A stretch of 64,000 nucleotides of DNA, from positions 15,529 to 79,528 of the forward strand of contig DASTFF010000034.1 in NCBI GenBank assembly GCA_035708865.1, in the 5' to 3' direction. Within the stretch, counting starts at the first letter, position 1. Every line of letters starts with the position of its first letter. Origin of the DNA: Gemmatimonadota bacterium (lineage in GTDB: Bacteria; Gemmatimonadota; Gemmatimonadetes; JACCXV01; JAHWKZ01). A program made the position numbers and the translations under genes. Positions 18,128 to 27,130 of the stretch are shown here, piece after piece. The notes below the pieces were generated by a model, which was not told the DNA's origin, searched no databases, and saw only the letters and a list, made by a program, of their open reading frames with translations.

Positions 18128-18625
18128 TCACCGACTCGACCAGTGGATGTGACGGATCTTCCACCCTTCGGCCGACGGCGCGAGGACGATCGTCTCGACG
18201 CCGATGGAATCGATCTCCCGACCCCGGAAGACGCCTTTCGTCCGGTACTCTCTCACAAAGAGCGACAGCTCGGCGCCGCGGACAACCGCGTCACGCGTCG
18301 TTTCGAACGAGACGGCGCGACTGAACTCGATGTCGCTCATCAAGTGGCCGCGCCGGTATTCTTCGAGGGTCTCGGCATAGCCGCTCTCGTAGACGATCAG
18401 GTCCGGATGAAGGTATCCGAGCGCATCGACAGAGTCGCCGGCTGCCAGCGCGTCGTGGAATCCCTCGACGACAGAGCGGATCACTGCCTCGTCCGCGAGC
18501 CCTCCTGGCCGCTCCTGGCCCCGTGCCGGCGGTAAGGCGACGGCGACCGACACCAGTGCCACGCCCGTGAGGAGCACTGCGGACCGTCGGACTCCGGCCA
18601 CACGAGATCGTCCCGTCGCGGCCAT
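18128..18625 (-). CDS. SnoaL-like / NTF2-fold (DUF4440-like) exported protein
   Basis: N-terminal signal or anchor, then IRSVVEGFHDALAAGDSVDALGYLHPDLIVYESG...WKIRHIHWS. The start overlaps the upstream stop (TGATG). Confidence 0.65.
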   Translation of the reverse strand: MAATGRSRVAGVRRSAVLLTGVALVSVAVALPPARGQERPGGLADEAVIRSVVEGFHDALAAGDSVDALGYLHPDLIVYESGYAETLEEYRRGHLMSDIEFSRAVSFETTRDAVVRGAELSLFVREYRTKGVFRGREIDSIGVETIVLAPSAEGWKIRHIHWSSR

Positions 18626-19941
18626 CAGTGCGAGTGGCCTTCGGCCATCATCGGAGCCGGACGCAGCCGGAAGAAGAGCTGAAGGCCCGTCGGGGTCGTC
18701 GAGCCGTAGAAGGGTTCGAGCTCGTCGGGCACGCGCGCGACGGTAACACCGGCGCCGAAGCCGGGCACGAGACCGCCAACGACATCGAGTTGACGGACGT
18801 ACCCGAGCCCGAGCTTGCCCACCGTGAACGACCGCTCCTCCAGCTCCTCGAGCAGGACCAGGTCTTCGCCGGTCTTCTCCGCGGCCTCGATGCGGCCGTA
18901 GAAGATGTGGCGCTCCGCGAGATTGAGGTTCGTTTCGGCAAGGAACGCATGGGTCCCATTGCCTTCCTCGTGGTTTCGGCCCCAGGCGATCGTGCTCGCC
19001 CAGATCCCCCCTTCCGCGAGCGGGCGGTGGTAGGTCGCCGACGCGGTCAGGCGCGTGACGTCGATGCGCGGGCCACCGCCTTCGTGGACCTCCGCCTCGT
19101 TCAGCCGTCCGGCCGAGACCTGGAACGCCCACTCCCTGTTCGGCAGATACCACAAGCGACCCGCGTACGAGTCGAGCGCGTCGAGGTCGAAGTCATACCG
19201 CTCCGCATCGGGCTCTCGACCGTTGAAGAGCGATCCCTCCGCCTTCCATCGCCGACCGTAGATGCCGGCGGTCGCGACACCGAACGCGATGTGGGTAGAG
19301 TCCAGCCAGTGGTGGCCGATGGGGGCAATAGGATTGGGGAAGGAGGAGACCCGGTGGGGAAACGCCACCGGCCCGAGCGCCGGCTCGCCGGCCGGTCCGC
19401 CGTAGAGCTGTAGCGCGAGGGCGGCGCCCAGCTCCCGCTCGTAGACTCCGGCCACCTCCATGAAGACATCGTGGGGGTGCTGCCGGTCGTGGAGCGGCTC
19501 GTCGTCGCAAAACTCGCCGGTAGCCAGCAGGTCTGGGTAGCCGCATTCGTCGGCGGTGAGGGGGTCGGCGCTCAGCATCGCGCGAAGTGTCAGGTCGCCG
19601 CCGGCCGCGGTCCGCCGGGCCATCCCCATCCACCAGGTAGTCGCGCCGAACTGCTCCCGGCCGCGAGTCCCCCCGTCGTCGAGATAATGGACGAAGAGGC
19701 TGCCGTGGAGCATGAGCTCCCAGCCGGCGGTCTCTCCGTGGAGGGCGTGCATGGGGCTGGCATCGGGAAGCCAGCTCGTGCCCGACGCCTCGCGCGTGCG
19801 CGGAATGCCGAGCGGGCCCGGCCGCATCGTGTCCGTGGCCGGCACCCGAGGATGCTCCTGGGCCGCCAGCTCCGGCGGCGTCGCGAGGAGCGCCAGCAGC
19901 ACGAGGGGCATGGCGCGTCGAGGGTCGGGCAGAGAGGTCAT
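18625..19941 (-). CDS. putative outer-membrane beta-barrel protein with Met/His-rich C-terminal tail
   Basis: Signal peptide (MPLVLLALLATPPELAAQ; alternative start 19911). Has alternating hydrophobic strands and many aromatic girdle residues, and ends ...LQLFFRLRPAPMMAEGHSH. No family recognised. Confidence 0.45.
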   Translation of the reverse strand: MTSLPDPRRAMPLVLLALLATPPELAAQEHPRVPATDTMRPGPLGIPRTREASGTSWLPDASPMHALHGETAGWELMLHGSLFVHYLDDGGTRGREQFGATTWWMGMARRTAAGGDLTLRAMLSADPLTADECGYPDLLATGEFCDDEPLHDRQHPHDVFMEVAGVYERELGAALALQLYGGPAGEPALGPVAFPHRVSSFPNPIAPIGHHWLDSTHIAFGVATAGIYGRRWKAEGSLFNGREPDAERYDFDLDALDSYAGRLWYLPNREWAFQVSAGRLNEAEVHEGGGPRIDVTRLTASATYHRPLAEGGIWASTIAWGRNHEEGNGTHAFLAETNLNLAERHIFYGRIEAAEKTGEDLVLLEELEERSFTVGKLGLGYVRQLDVVGGLVPGFGAGVTVARVPDELEPFYGSTTPTGLQLFFRLRPAPMMAEGHSH

Positions 19942-19987
19942 TCGGGAACGCCGGTCGTTTCCTCGTCGAGAGCAGGTCTTCCCGCGC

Positions 19988-20089
19988 CTAGCGCGGGCCT
20001 CCGCCGCGCGGGGCGCCGAGAAAGAACCAAAGCTCGAAGGCGATCAGGACGACTCCGCCGAGGAGGACGCCCCACTCGGCCGGCGTCAT
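19988..20089 (-). CDS. possible 33-aa single-TM peptide coupled to copA
   Basis: [33 protein letters not shown]. Its ATG is in an ATGA overlap with the copA stop. Confidence 0.35.
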   Translation of the reverse strand: MTPAEWGVLLGGVVLIAFELWFFLGAPRGGGPR

Positions 20090-22605
20090 GCCGTCCTCGC
20101 GCCGGCCAGCCCGACCGTCCTGAGCCGCAGCGAGTTCCCCATCACGAAGATGTCCGAGAGGACCATCGCCAGGGCGCCGACCCACGGCGCCATCAAGAGT
20201 CCCGTCCACGGATAGAGCACTCCGGCGGCGATCGGTATCCCCAGCACGTTGTAGACGAACGCCCAGAAGAGGTTCTGGCGGATCGTCCGCATGGTCTTGC
20301 GGGAGAGTGAGATCGCCTGGACGACGCCGCGCAGGTCGGCCCTGACCAGGGTGATGTCGGCCGACTCGATGGCGACGTCGGTCCCGGTCCCGATCGCGAT
20401 CCCGATGTCGGCCTGGACGAGGGCCGGGGCGTCGTTGACGCCGTCGCCCACCATGGCCACGGCCCGACCCTGCTCCTGGAGGGCGCGGACGCGCTCCTGC
20501 TTCTGGTCGGGGAGCACCTCGGCCAGGACGTGATCGATCCCGACCTCACGGGCGATGGCCTCCGCCGTGCGCGGGTCGTCGCCGGTCATCATGATGACAT
20601 CGAGGCCGCGCGCGCGGAGGGCGGCCACCGCTTCGGCGGATCCCTCCTGGACCGTGTCGGCCACGGCGATCGCCCCGAGCAGGATCCGCTCGCGTGCCAC
20701 GAGTACCGGGGTCTTCCCGGCGTCCGCCAGCCGCCCGACCACGGCCTCGACGCTCTCGCCCCGGAGCTCCGGGAGGTCGATCCCCCGCCCGGCGAGGAGG
20801 CGGCGAGAGCCGATCACGACCTCGGCGCCCGCCACGTACCCCCGGACGCCCTGGCCCGCCAGGGCCTCGAAGTCGGCCGCCGCCGGTCCCCCGGCGCCGC
20901 GCCTCTCGGCCGCCCGGACGATGGCCTCGCCGATGGGATGCTCGGAGCCCCTCTCGACGGCGGCGGCCAGCGCCAGGAGCTCGGCTTCGTCCACGCTGGC
21001 TGCCGGGAGGACATCGGTCACGGCGGGCTCGCCGCGGGTGACCGTCCCGGTCTTGTCGAGCACGACCGTGTCCAGCTCGTGGGCCTTCTGCAGGCTCTCG
21101 GCGTCCTTGATCAGGATCCCCATTTCGGCCCCGCGGCCGGTCCCCACCATGACGGCCGTGGGGGTGGCGAGCCCGAGCGCGCATGGGCAGGCGATGATGA
21201 GGACCGCGACGGCGGTCACGACCGCGTAGGTCAGCGAGGGTGCCGGCCCCGCCACGAACCAGACTACGAAGGTGGCGATCGCGATCGCGATGACGATCGG
21301 GACGAAGTAGGCGGCCACGGTGTCGGCCAGGCGCTGGACCGGCGCCTTCGAGGCCTGTGCGTCCCGGACCAGGCGCACGATCTGGGCGAGCGCGGTCTCG
21401 GCCCCCACCTTCTCGGCCCCGAAGACGATCCGTCCGGCGCGGTTCATCGTTCCGCCCACGACCCCGTCGCCGGGGGCCTTCTCGACCGGCATCGACTCGC
21501 CGGTCAGCATCGACTCGTCGATCGTGGTCCGCCCCTCCAGCACCCGGCCGTCGACCGGGATCCGCTCGCCGGGCCGCACCACGACTTGGTCGCCGGCCTC
21601 GATCTCCTCGACGTCGACCTCGAGCTCGCGGCCCTGCCGGAGGATCCGGGCCGTCCCCGGCTGGAGGTCGAGGAGCGCGCGAATGGCCTCGCCCGTTCGG
21701 CCGCGGGCCCGCTGCTCGAGCCAGGTGCCGAGGAGGATCAGGGTGACGATTGTGGCGGCGGCCTCGAAGTACACGGTCGGCCGGATTCCCGCCGCGAGGA
21801 AGAGGCCGGGGGCGACCGTCGCGACGGCGCTGTAGGCGTACGCGGTCCCCGTCCCCGTCGCGATCAGGGTGTTCATGTCGGCGACACGGTGGCGGAGCCC
21901 GTTCCAGGCCCCGCGGAAGAAGCGCTGGCCGCTGTAGAGAACGACGGGGGTCGCAAGGCCGAGCTGGATCCACGGGTCGAGCATCGGCCAGCCGAGATGG
22001 AGCCCCAGCGGCGACAGAAGGTGCGGGATCATCTCGAAGACGACGAGCGGCGCCGTAAGCGCGGCGGCGACCCAGAACCGCCGCCCCAGGCGCCTCTCCT
22101 CACGGGCCCGCTCTTCGCGCCGGGCCGCCTCTTCACGGCCGGCTCCGGTGACGGGGGAGGCGTCGTAGCCCGCTCGCCGTACGGCTTCGACGAGGTCCCG
22201 CGCCCGTACGGTCCCGGGGATCACGCGCACGAGCGCCGATTCGCCCGCCAGGTTGACCGCCGCTCCGGTCACGCCGGGAACGGCCGCCAGCTCGGACTCC
22301 ACCCGGGCCACGCACGAGGCGCAGTGCATTCCCTCGACGGCGAGTTCGATCTCGCGCTCCTGGACCCCGTACCCTGCCCTCTCGACGGCCTCGACCAGCG
22401 CCTTCGGATCCGCAGCGCCCTCCACGGACGCCTCGCCCGCGGCGAAGTTCACCGTCGCCGACTCCACGCCCGGCACGTCGCGAAGGGCGCGCTCGACGTT
22501 CGCCGCGCACCCCGCGCATGTCATCCCCTCGACGGGAAGCTCGAGCGTCCGAGTCCCCGGCCGGCCCGTGCCGGCCGCGCGGTCGGCGCTGCGGGTCGTG
22601 CTCAC
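20086..22605 (-). CDS. copA: copper-translocating P1B-type ATPase with two N-terminal HMA domains
   Basis: Contains [12 protein letters not shown] and [12 protein letters not shown] (HMA domains), TGES, CPC ([13 protein letters not shown]), DKTGTVT, SEHP and [13 protein letters not shown] 22605 is in a GTGA overlap with the csoR stop. The track ORF from 23067 is an over-extension. Confidence 0.95.
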   Translation of the reverse strand: MSTTRSADRAAGTGRPGTRTLELPVEGMTCAGCAANVERALRDVPGVESATVNFAAGEASVEGAADPKALVEAVERAGYGVQEREIELAVEGMHCASCVARVESELAAVPGVTGAAVNLAGESALVRVIPGTVRARDLVEAVRRAGYDASPVTGAGREEAARREERAREERRLGRRFWVAAALTAPLVVFEMIPHLLSPLGLHLGWPMLDPWIQLGLATPVVLYSGQRFFRGAWNGLRHRVADMNTLIATGTGTAYAYSAVATVAPGLFLAAGIRPTVYFEAAATIVTLILLGTWLEQRARGRTGEAIRALLDLQPGTARILRQGRELEVDVEEIEAGDQVVVRPGERIPVDGRVLEGRTTIDESMLTGESMPVEKAPGDGVVGGTMNRAGRIVFGAEKVGAETALAQIVRLVRDAQASKAPVQRLADTVAAYFVPIVIAIAIATFVVWFVAGPAPSLTYAVVTAVAVLIIACPCALGLATPTAVMVGTGRGAEMGILIKDAESLQKAHELDTVVLDKTGTVTRGEPAVTDVLPAASVDEAELLALAAAVERGSEHPIGEAIVRAAERRGAGGPAAADFEALAGQGVRGYVAGAEVVIGSRRLLAGRGIDLPELRGESVEAVVGRLADAGKTPVLVARERILLGAIAVADTVQEGSAEAVAALRARGLDVIMMTGDDPRTAEAIAREVGIDHVLAEVLPDQKQERVRALQEQGRAVAMVGDGVNDAPALVQADIGIAIGTGTDVAIESADITLVRADLRGVVQAISLSRKTMRTIRQNLFWAFVYNVLGIPIAAGVLYPWTGLLMAPWVGALAMVLSDIFVMGNSLRLRTVGLAGARTA

Positions 22606-22910
22606 GGCGTCCTCCGGAACTTCCTCAGGAGCCCCACCACCTCGTCGACCTTGGCGCGGCGCTCCACCCCGTCCTCTCCCTCGAGCGCCTCGGCAACGCA
22701 GTGGTTCAGGTGGGCCTCCAGGATCTGGTCCTGAACCCGCGCCAGAGCCGAAGTGATGGCGTCGATCTGGGTCAGGACGTCGACGCAGTAGCGACCCTCC
22801 TGGAGCATCTTCTGAACGCCCCGCACCTGACCCTCGATCCTCTTGAGGCGGTTCTCGAGGCCGGGTTTGACCCGGCCTTGCTCGTACCCGCGGGCCGCGC
22901 GCTCGATCAT
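22602..22910 (-). CDS. csoR: CsoR-family copper-sensing repressor
   Basis: Contains [26 protein letters not shown]...HLNHCV (the C-H-C Cu(I) ligand pattern). ATG 22910. Confidence 0.9.
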   Translation of the reverse strand: MIERAARGYEQGRVKPGLENRLKRIEGQVRGVQKMLQEGRYCVDVLTQIDAITSALARVQDQILEAHLNHCVAEALEGEDGVERRAKVDEVVGLLRKFRRTP

Positions 22911-22918
22911 TTCTCCAG

Positions 22919-22937
22919 TATACCCTGGTAGGGTATA
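22919..22937. promoter_or_regulatory. CsoR-type operator palindrome in the csoR / cytochrome c divergent region
   Basis: TATACCC-TGGTA-GGGTATA lies 9 nt upstream of the csoR ATG. It matches the GC-tract-flanked TACCC...GGGTA style of CsoR boxes. Confidence 0.6.
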
Positions 22938-23044
22938 TAGGAGCAACCGCGTCCCCCCGCCGCGGGGTGCCGGCCGCGGCGGGTTCTTCGGCGGCTGCAG
23001 GAACCGGCTCGCGGTCACGTATGCCCCCTCGTATCTTGCGGGCC

Positions 23045-23659
23045 ATGCCTGAGCCCCATGAGGCCATCTCCAGCCGAACCGCCGCTCGCGGGAGCCGCGG
23101 AGGCTGCCTGTCCAGCCTGTCCCTCGCCCTGGTCCTGGTGGCCGCGGGGGGTCTGGCCCTCGTCTACTCGGGCGTCTACGACGTGGCCGCCACCCAGCCC
23201 CACTCCCGCGCCGCGCGCTGGGTCCTGGGGACCCTCATGGAGCGCTCGGTGAGGTCGCGTGCGGGCGACGTCCCGGTACCCCCGGCGGAGAGCGAGGAGC
23301 TCCTGGCCATGGGATTCCATCACTACGACGAGATGTGCGCGGTCTGCCACGGTGCGCCGGGGGTCGAGCGGGGCGAGATCGGCGAGGGGATGGAGCCCGA
23401 GCCCCCCGCCCTCGCGGAGGAGGCGGGGGAATGGACCCTTCCCGAGATCTTCTGGATCACCAGCCAGGGGATCAAGATGGCCGGGATGCCCGCCTTCAGG
23501 CCCACCCACTCCGAGGAGGAGCTGTGGGGGATCTCGATGTTCGTGAAGCGACTCCCCGAGATGGACGCCGCCGAGTACGCGCGGCTCAGGGAAGAAGCGC
23601 GAGGCGAGGGCGGGGGCGAAAGCAGCGGATCGGTGCCCACACCCACGCATACCCACTGA
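23045..23659 (+). CDS. membrane-anchored c-type cytochrome
   Basis: N-terminal TM segment ([23 protein letters not shown]). Haem motif CAVCHG and a distal Met context ([10 protein letters not shown]). Confidence 0.75.
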   Translation: MPEPHEAISSRTAARGSRGGCLSSLSLALVLVAAGGLALVYSGVYDVAATQPHSRAARWVLGTLMERSVRSRAGDVPVPPAESEELLAMGFHHYDEMCAVCHGAPGVERGEIGEGMEPEPPALAEEAGEWTLPEIFWITSQGIKMAGMPAFRPTHSEEELWGISMFVKRLPEMDAAEYARLREEARGEGGGESSGSVPTPTHTH

Positions 23660-23704
23660 GCGACCCAGGCCACCGGTTCGGTCGAACGATCGCCTTGGTC
23701 CTCT

Positions 23705-26700
23705 TCACGAAGCGCCTCCCTCGTCGCTGGCAAGCAGAGCCGGAGCGGGCTCGGGAGGCGTACCCGCACGGGCCTCTGCGCGCCGGTGCAACAGCGCCTG
23801 CTGGTAGAGCGACCACACGACCGGGATCACCAACAGCGTGAGCGCAGTGGCGGAGACCATCCCGCCGACCATTGGCGCGGCGATCCGCTTCATCACGCTC
23901 GCTCCCGTGCCGTGGCCCCATAGGATCGGCAAGAGCCCCCCGATCACGGCCGTAGCGGTCATGATCACCGGCCGGAGCCGCTGACCTGCGCCTTCGCGGG
24001 CGGCCCGGAAGACATCCTCGATCCCGCGCAGCTCTCCAGCGCGCTCGAGGCGGTCGTGGGCGTGCCCGAGGTAGACCAGCATCACGACCCCGATCTCCGC
24101 GGCCACCCCCGCCAGGGCGATGAAACCGATCGCCGTGGCCACCGACCAGTTGTAACCCAGAATCGCCATGAACACGACGCCTCCCACGAGCGCGAAGGGC
24201 AGCGACAGCATGACGATCAGGGTTTCCCCGACGCTCCGGAAGTTGAAGTACAGGAGCAGCAGGATGATCAGGAGCGTGGCTGGCACGACCAGCTTCAGCT
24301 TCTCCTTGGCCCGTTGCATGTACTCGTACTGCCCGGACCACTGGAGCGAGTAGCCCGGCGGCAGCGTGACCATGTCGTCGACCATCCGCTTGGCGTCGGC
24401 GACGTAGCCGCCGATGTCGCGGCCCTCGACGTCGACGAACACCCACGCGGTCGGAAACGCGCCTTCGGTCTTGATCGCCATCGGGCCGCTCACCTCGCGG
24501 ATCGTCGCGATCTGGCCGAGCGGGATCTGAGCGGTGCCCGCGGCCATCGCCGCCATGTCCCCTTCCATCCCGCCGCCGGTCATGCCGCCCGTCGGAGCGC
24601 TCCCCGATCCGTCCATGCCGCCGGTTCCGCCGCCGACCGATCCGGATCCCGGAAATCCTCCCCCACCGCTCAGAGCCGTGGCGCCCAGGAGCCCGCCCGA
24701 GGCGCGCCCCTTCCGGACCTGGATCAGCACTTCCTCGAGCTTCTCCGGCTGATCGCGCATTTCGTGCGGATAGCGGAGCCGCACCCCGTACCGCTCGCGA
24801 CCCTCCACGGTCTGGGTGATCGACATCCCCCCGATCGCCGACTGGACCACCGCCTGGACGTCCTCGATGTTGAGGCCGTAACGGGCCGCACCCTCGCGGT
24901 CGAGGTCGATGTCGAGGTAGTAGCCGCTGACCGCGCGCTCGGCGAACACCGAACGGGTGCCCGGGATGCCGCGGATCGCGCTCTCGATCTGGCGGCCGAT
25001 CCGCTCGAGCTCGGCGAGGTCCTCGCCGAAGATCTTGATCCCCACCGGAGTCCGGATGCCGGTGGCGAGCATGTCGATCCGTCCCTTGATCGGCATTGTC
25101 CACGCGTTGGTGAAGCCGGGGAAGGCCACCTTCTCGTCCATTTCCTCGATGAGGCGCTCCATGTTCATCCCCTTGCGCCACTCCTCCTCGGGTTTGAGCG
25201 TGATCGTGGTCTCGAACATGTCGAGCCCCGCCGGATCGGTGGCCGTCGTGGCGCGCCCTGCCTTGCCGAACACGGTCTCGACCTCGGGGATCGAGGCCAG
25301 GATCGAGTCCTGGCGCTGGAGCGCGGCGCTCGCCCGCGAGACGCTGATTCCAGGCAACGTCGTCGGCATGTAGAGGACTGTGCCCTCGTTCAGGGGAGGC
25401 ATGAACTCCGAGCCGATCCGCTGATACGGGATCGCCGTCAGGATCACCACGGCCAGGGCCCCGCCGACGACCGGCCAGCGGTACCGCAGCACGAAATCGA
25501 GGACCGGGCGGTACGCCCGCTCCAGGGTCCGCGCGACCGGATTGGTTCTCTCGGCGTGGATACGACCGCGAACGAACAGCCCCATCGCCACCGGCACGAC
25601 CGTCACCGAGAGCAGGCTCGCCGACGCCATGGCCAGCGTCTTTGTCCACGCCAGCGGCTTGAACAGCCGTCCCTCCTGGGCCTCCAGCGTGAATACGGGC
25701 AGAAAGCTGACCGTGATGATCAGAAGCGAGAAGAAGAGCGCGGGGCCGACTTCCTTCGATGACCGCACGACGATCCCCCATCGCTCCGCGGGCGTGAGCC
25801 GCGAAGTGGAGAGCCTCCCCTTCGCGTCAGCCGCAGCTTCGCCGAGCTTTCGAAGCTTCTCCCCGATCGACTTTTCGAGGTGCTTATGCATGTTCTCGAT
25901 CATCACGATCGCGGCGTCGATCATCGCCCCGATCGCGATCGCGATCCCGCCCAGGCTCATGATGTCCGCCCCGACGCCGAGGAAGCGCATGGCGATGAAC
26001 GCCATCAGGATCCCGAGCGGCAGCGTCAGGATGGCCACCAGGGCGCTCCGGGCATGGAACAGAAATACCAGGCAGACGAGGGCGACCACGATCGTCTCCT
26101 CGAGCAGCTTCTCCTTGAGCGTCCCGATGGCCCGGTGGATGAGCCCCGAGCGGTCGTACACCGGCTTCAGGACCACGCCTTCGGGGAGACCGCTCTCGAT
26201 CTCGGCCAGCTTCGCCTTGACGCGCTCGATCGTCGCCAGCGCATTCTCACCGAAGCGCATGACAACGATCCCGGCTACCACGTCGCCGCGACCGTCCAGA
26301 TCGGCCACGCCGCGCCGGACATCGGGGGCGAGCTGTACGTTGGCCACGTCGGCCACCCGGATCGGGATGCCGGTCTCGGTCGAGCCGACGACGACATTCT
26401 CGAGGTCTTCTATCCCCTGGAGGTACCCCAGGCTCCGGACCATGAACTCGCGCTCGGAGAGCTCGACCATCATCGCCCCCACGTCCTCGTTCGAGGCGCG
26501 GATCGCGGACATGACCTTCGTGACGCCGGTCCCGTAGCCCCGCAGCTTCATCGGGTCCACGGTCACCTCGTACATCCGTTCGAAACCCCCCACCGAGGCG
26601 ACCTCGCTCACCCCGGGAACAGCGGTCAGCTGATACCGGAGGTACCAGTCCTGGATCGAGCGCAGGTCCGCGAGATCACGGGCGCCGGTCGTGTCGACCA

Positions 26701-27130
26701 GGACGTACTGGTAGATCCATCCGAGCCCCGTGGCATCGGGCCCGAGCGCAGTCTCGGCGGCCGGCGGCAGCTTGCTGCGGATCGCCGACAGGTACTCCAG
26801 CACTCGGCTCCGGGCCCAGTAGAGATCGACACCATCCTCGAAGATCACGTAGACGAACGAGACCCCGAAGAAGGAGTATCCGCGCACCGTCTGAGCCCCG
26901 GGCACCTTCAGCATCTCGGAGGCGATGGGATAGGTGACCTGGTCCTCCACGATCATGGGGGCCTGGCCCGCATAGTCGGTCTGGACGATCACCTGGACGT
27001 CGGAGAGGTCGGGGAGCGCCTCGAGCGGCATGTCGCGCATGACCAGGATCCCGGCGGCGACCACGAAGGCCGCCAAGACGATGACGATCAACCTGTTGGA
27101 AACCGACCACTCGATGATTCGGGGCAGCAT
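23705..27130 (-). CDS. cusA: CusA/CzcA-family heavy-metal efflux RND transporter (with 57-aa Gly/Met insertion)
   Basis: 1141 aa with full-length RND/HME pattern (N-terminal MLPRIIEWSV.NR, 12 TM segments). It sits in a cusC-cusB-cusA arrangement. Confidence 0.95.
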   Translation of the reverse strand: MLPRIIEWSVSNRLIVIVLAAFVVAAGILVMRDMPLEALPDLSDVQVIVQTDYAGQAPMIVEDQVTYPIASEMLKVPGAQTVRGYSFFGVSFVYVIFEDGVDLYWARSRVLEYLSAIRSKLPPAAETALGPDATGLGWIYQYVLVDTTGARDLADLRSIQDWYLRYQLTAVPGVSEVASVGGFERMYEVTVDPMKLRGYGTGVTKVMSAIRASNEDVGAMMVELSEREFMVRSLGYLQGIEDLENVVVGSTETGIPIRVADVANVQLAPDVRRGVADLDGRGDVVAGIVVMRFGENALATIERVKAKLAEIESGLPEGVVLKPVYDRSGLIHRAIGTLKEKLLEETIVVALVCLVFLFHARSALVAILTLPLGILMAFIAMRFLGVGADIMSLGGIAIAIGAMIDAAIVMIENMHKHLEKSIGEKLRKLGEAAADAKGRLSTSRLTPAERWGIVVRSSKEVGPALFFSLLIITVSFLPVFTLEAQEGRLFKPLAWTKTLAMASASLLSVTVVPVAMGLFVRGRIHAERTNPVARTLERAYRPVLDFVLRYRWPVVGGALAVVILTAIPYQRIGSEFMPPLNEGTVLYMPTTLPGISVSRASAALQRQDSILASIPEVETVFGKAGRATTATDPAGLDMFETTITLKPEEEWRKGMNMERLIEEMDEKVAFPGFTNAWTMPIKGRIDMLATGIRTPVGIKIFGEDLAELERIGRQIESAIRGIPGTRSVFAERAVSGYYLDIDLDREGAARYGLNIEDVQAVVQSAIGGMSITQTVEGRERYGVRLRYPHEMRDQPEKLEEVLIQVRKGRASGGLLGATALSGGGGFPGSGSVGGGTGGMDGSGSAPTGGMTGGGMEGDMAAMAAGTAQIPLGQIATIREVSGPMAIKTEGAFPTAWVFVDVEGRDIGGYVADAKRMVDDMVTLPPGYSLQWSGQYEYMQRAKEKLKLVVPATLLIILLLLYFNFRSVGETLIVMLSLPFALVGGVVFMAILGYNWSVATAIGFIALAGVAAEIGVVMLVYLGHAHDRLERAGELRGIEDVFRAAREGAGQRLRPVIMTATAVIGGLLPILWGHGTGASVMKRIAAPMVGGMVSATALTLLVIPVVWSLYQQALLHRRAEARAGTPPEPAPALLASDEGGAS

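Noticed and set aside
20530-22734. 734-aa plus-strand ORF, and the 475-aa minus-strand off-frame ORF at 20546-21973, over copA
   Set aside because: Both are shadow frames of the copA gene. They have low-complexity Arg/Pro/Gly composition, whereas copA carries every P1B-ATPase signature.
23586-25781. 731-aa off-frame ORF and 568-aa antisense ORF (24056-25762) over cusA
   Set aside because: Same reasoning as above: cusA is intact and full length, and the alternatives are compositionally implausible.
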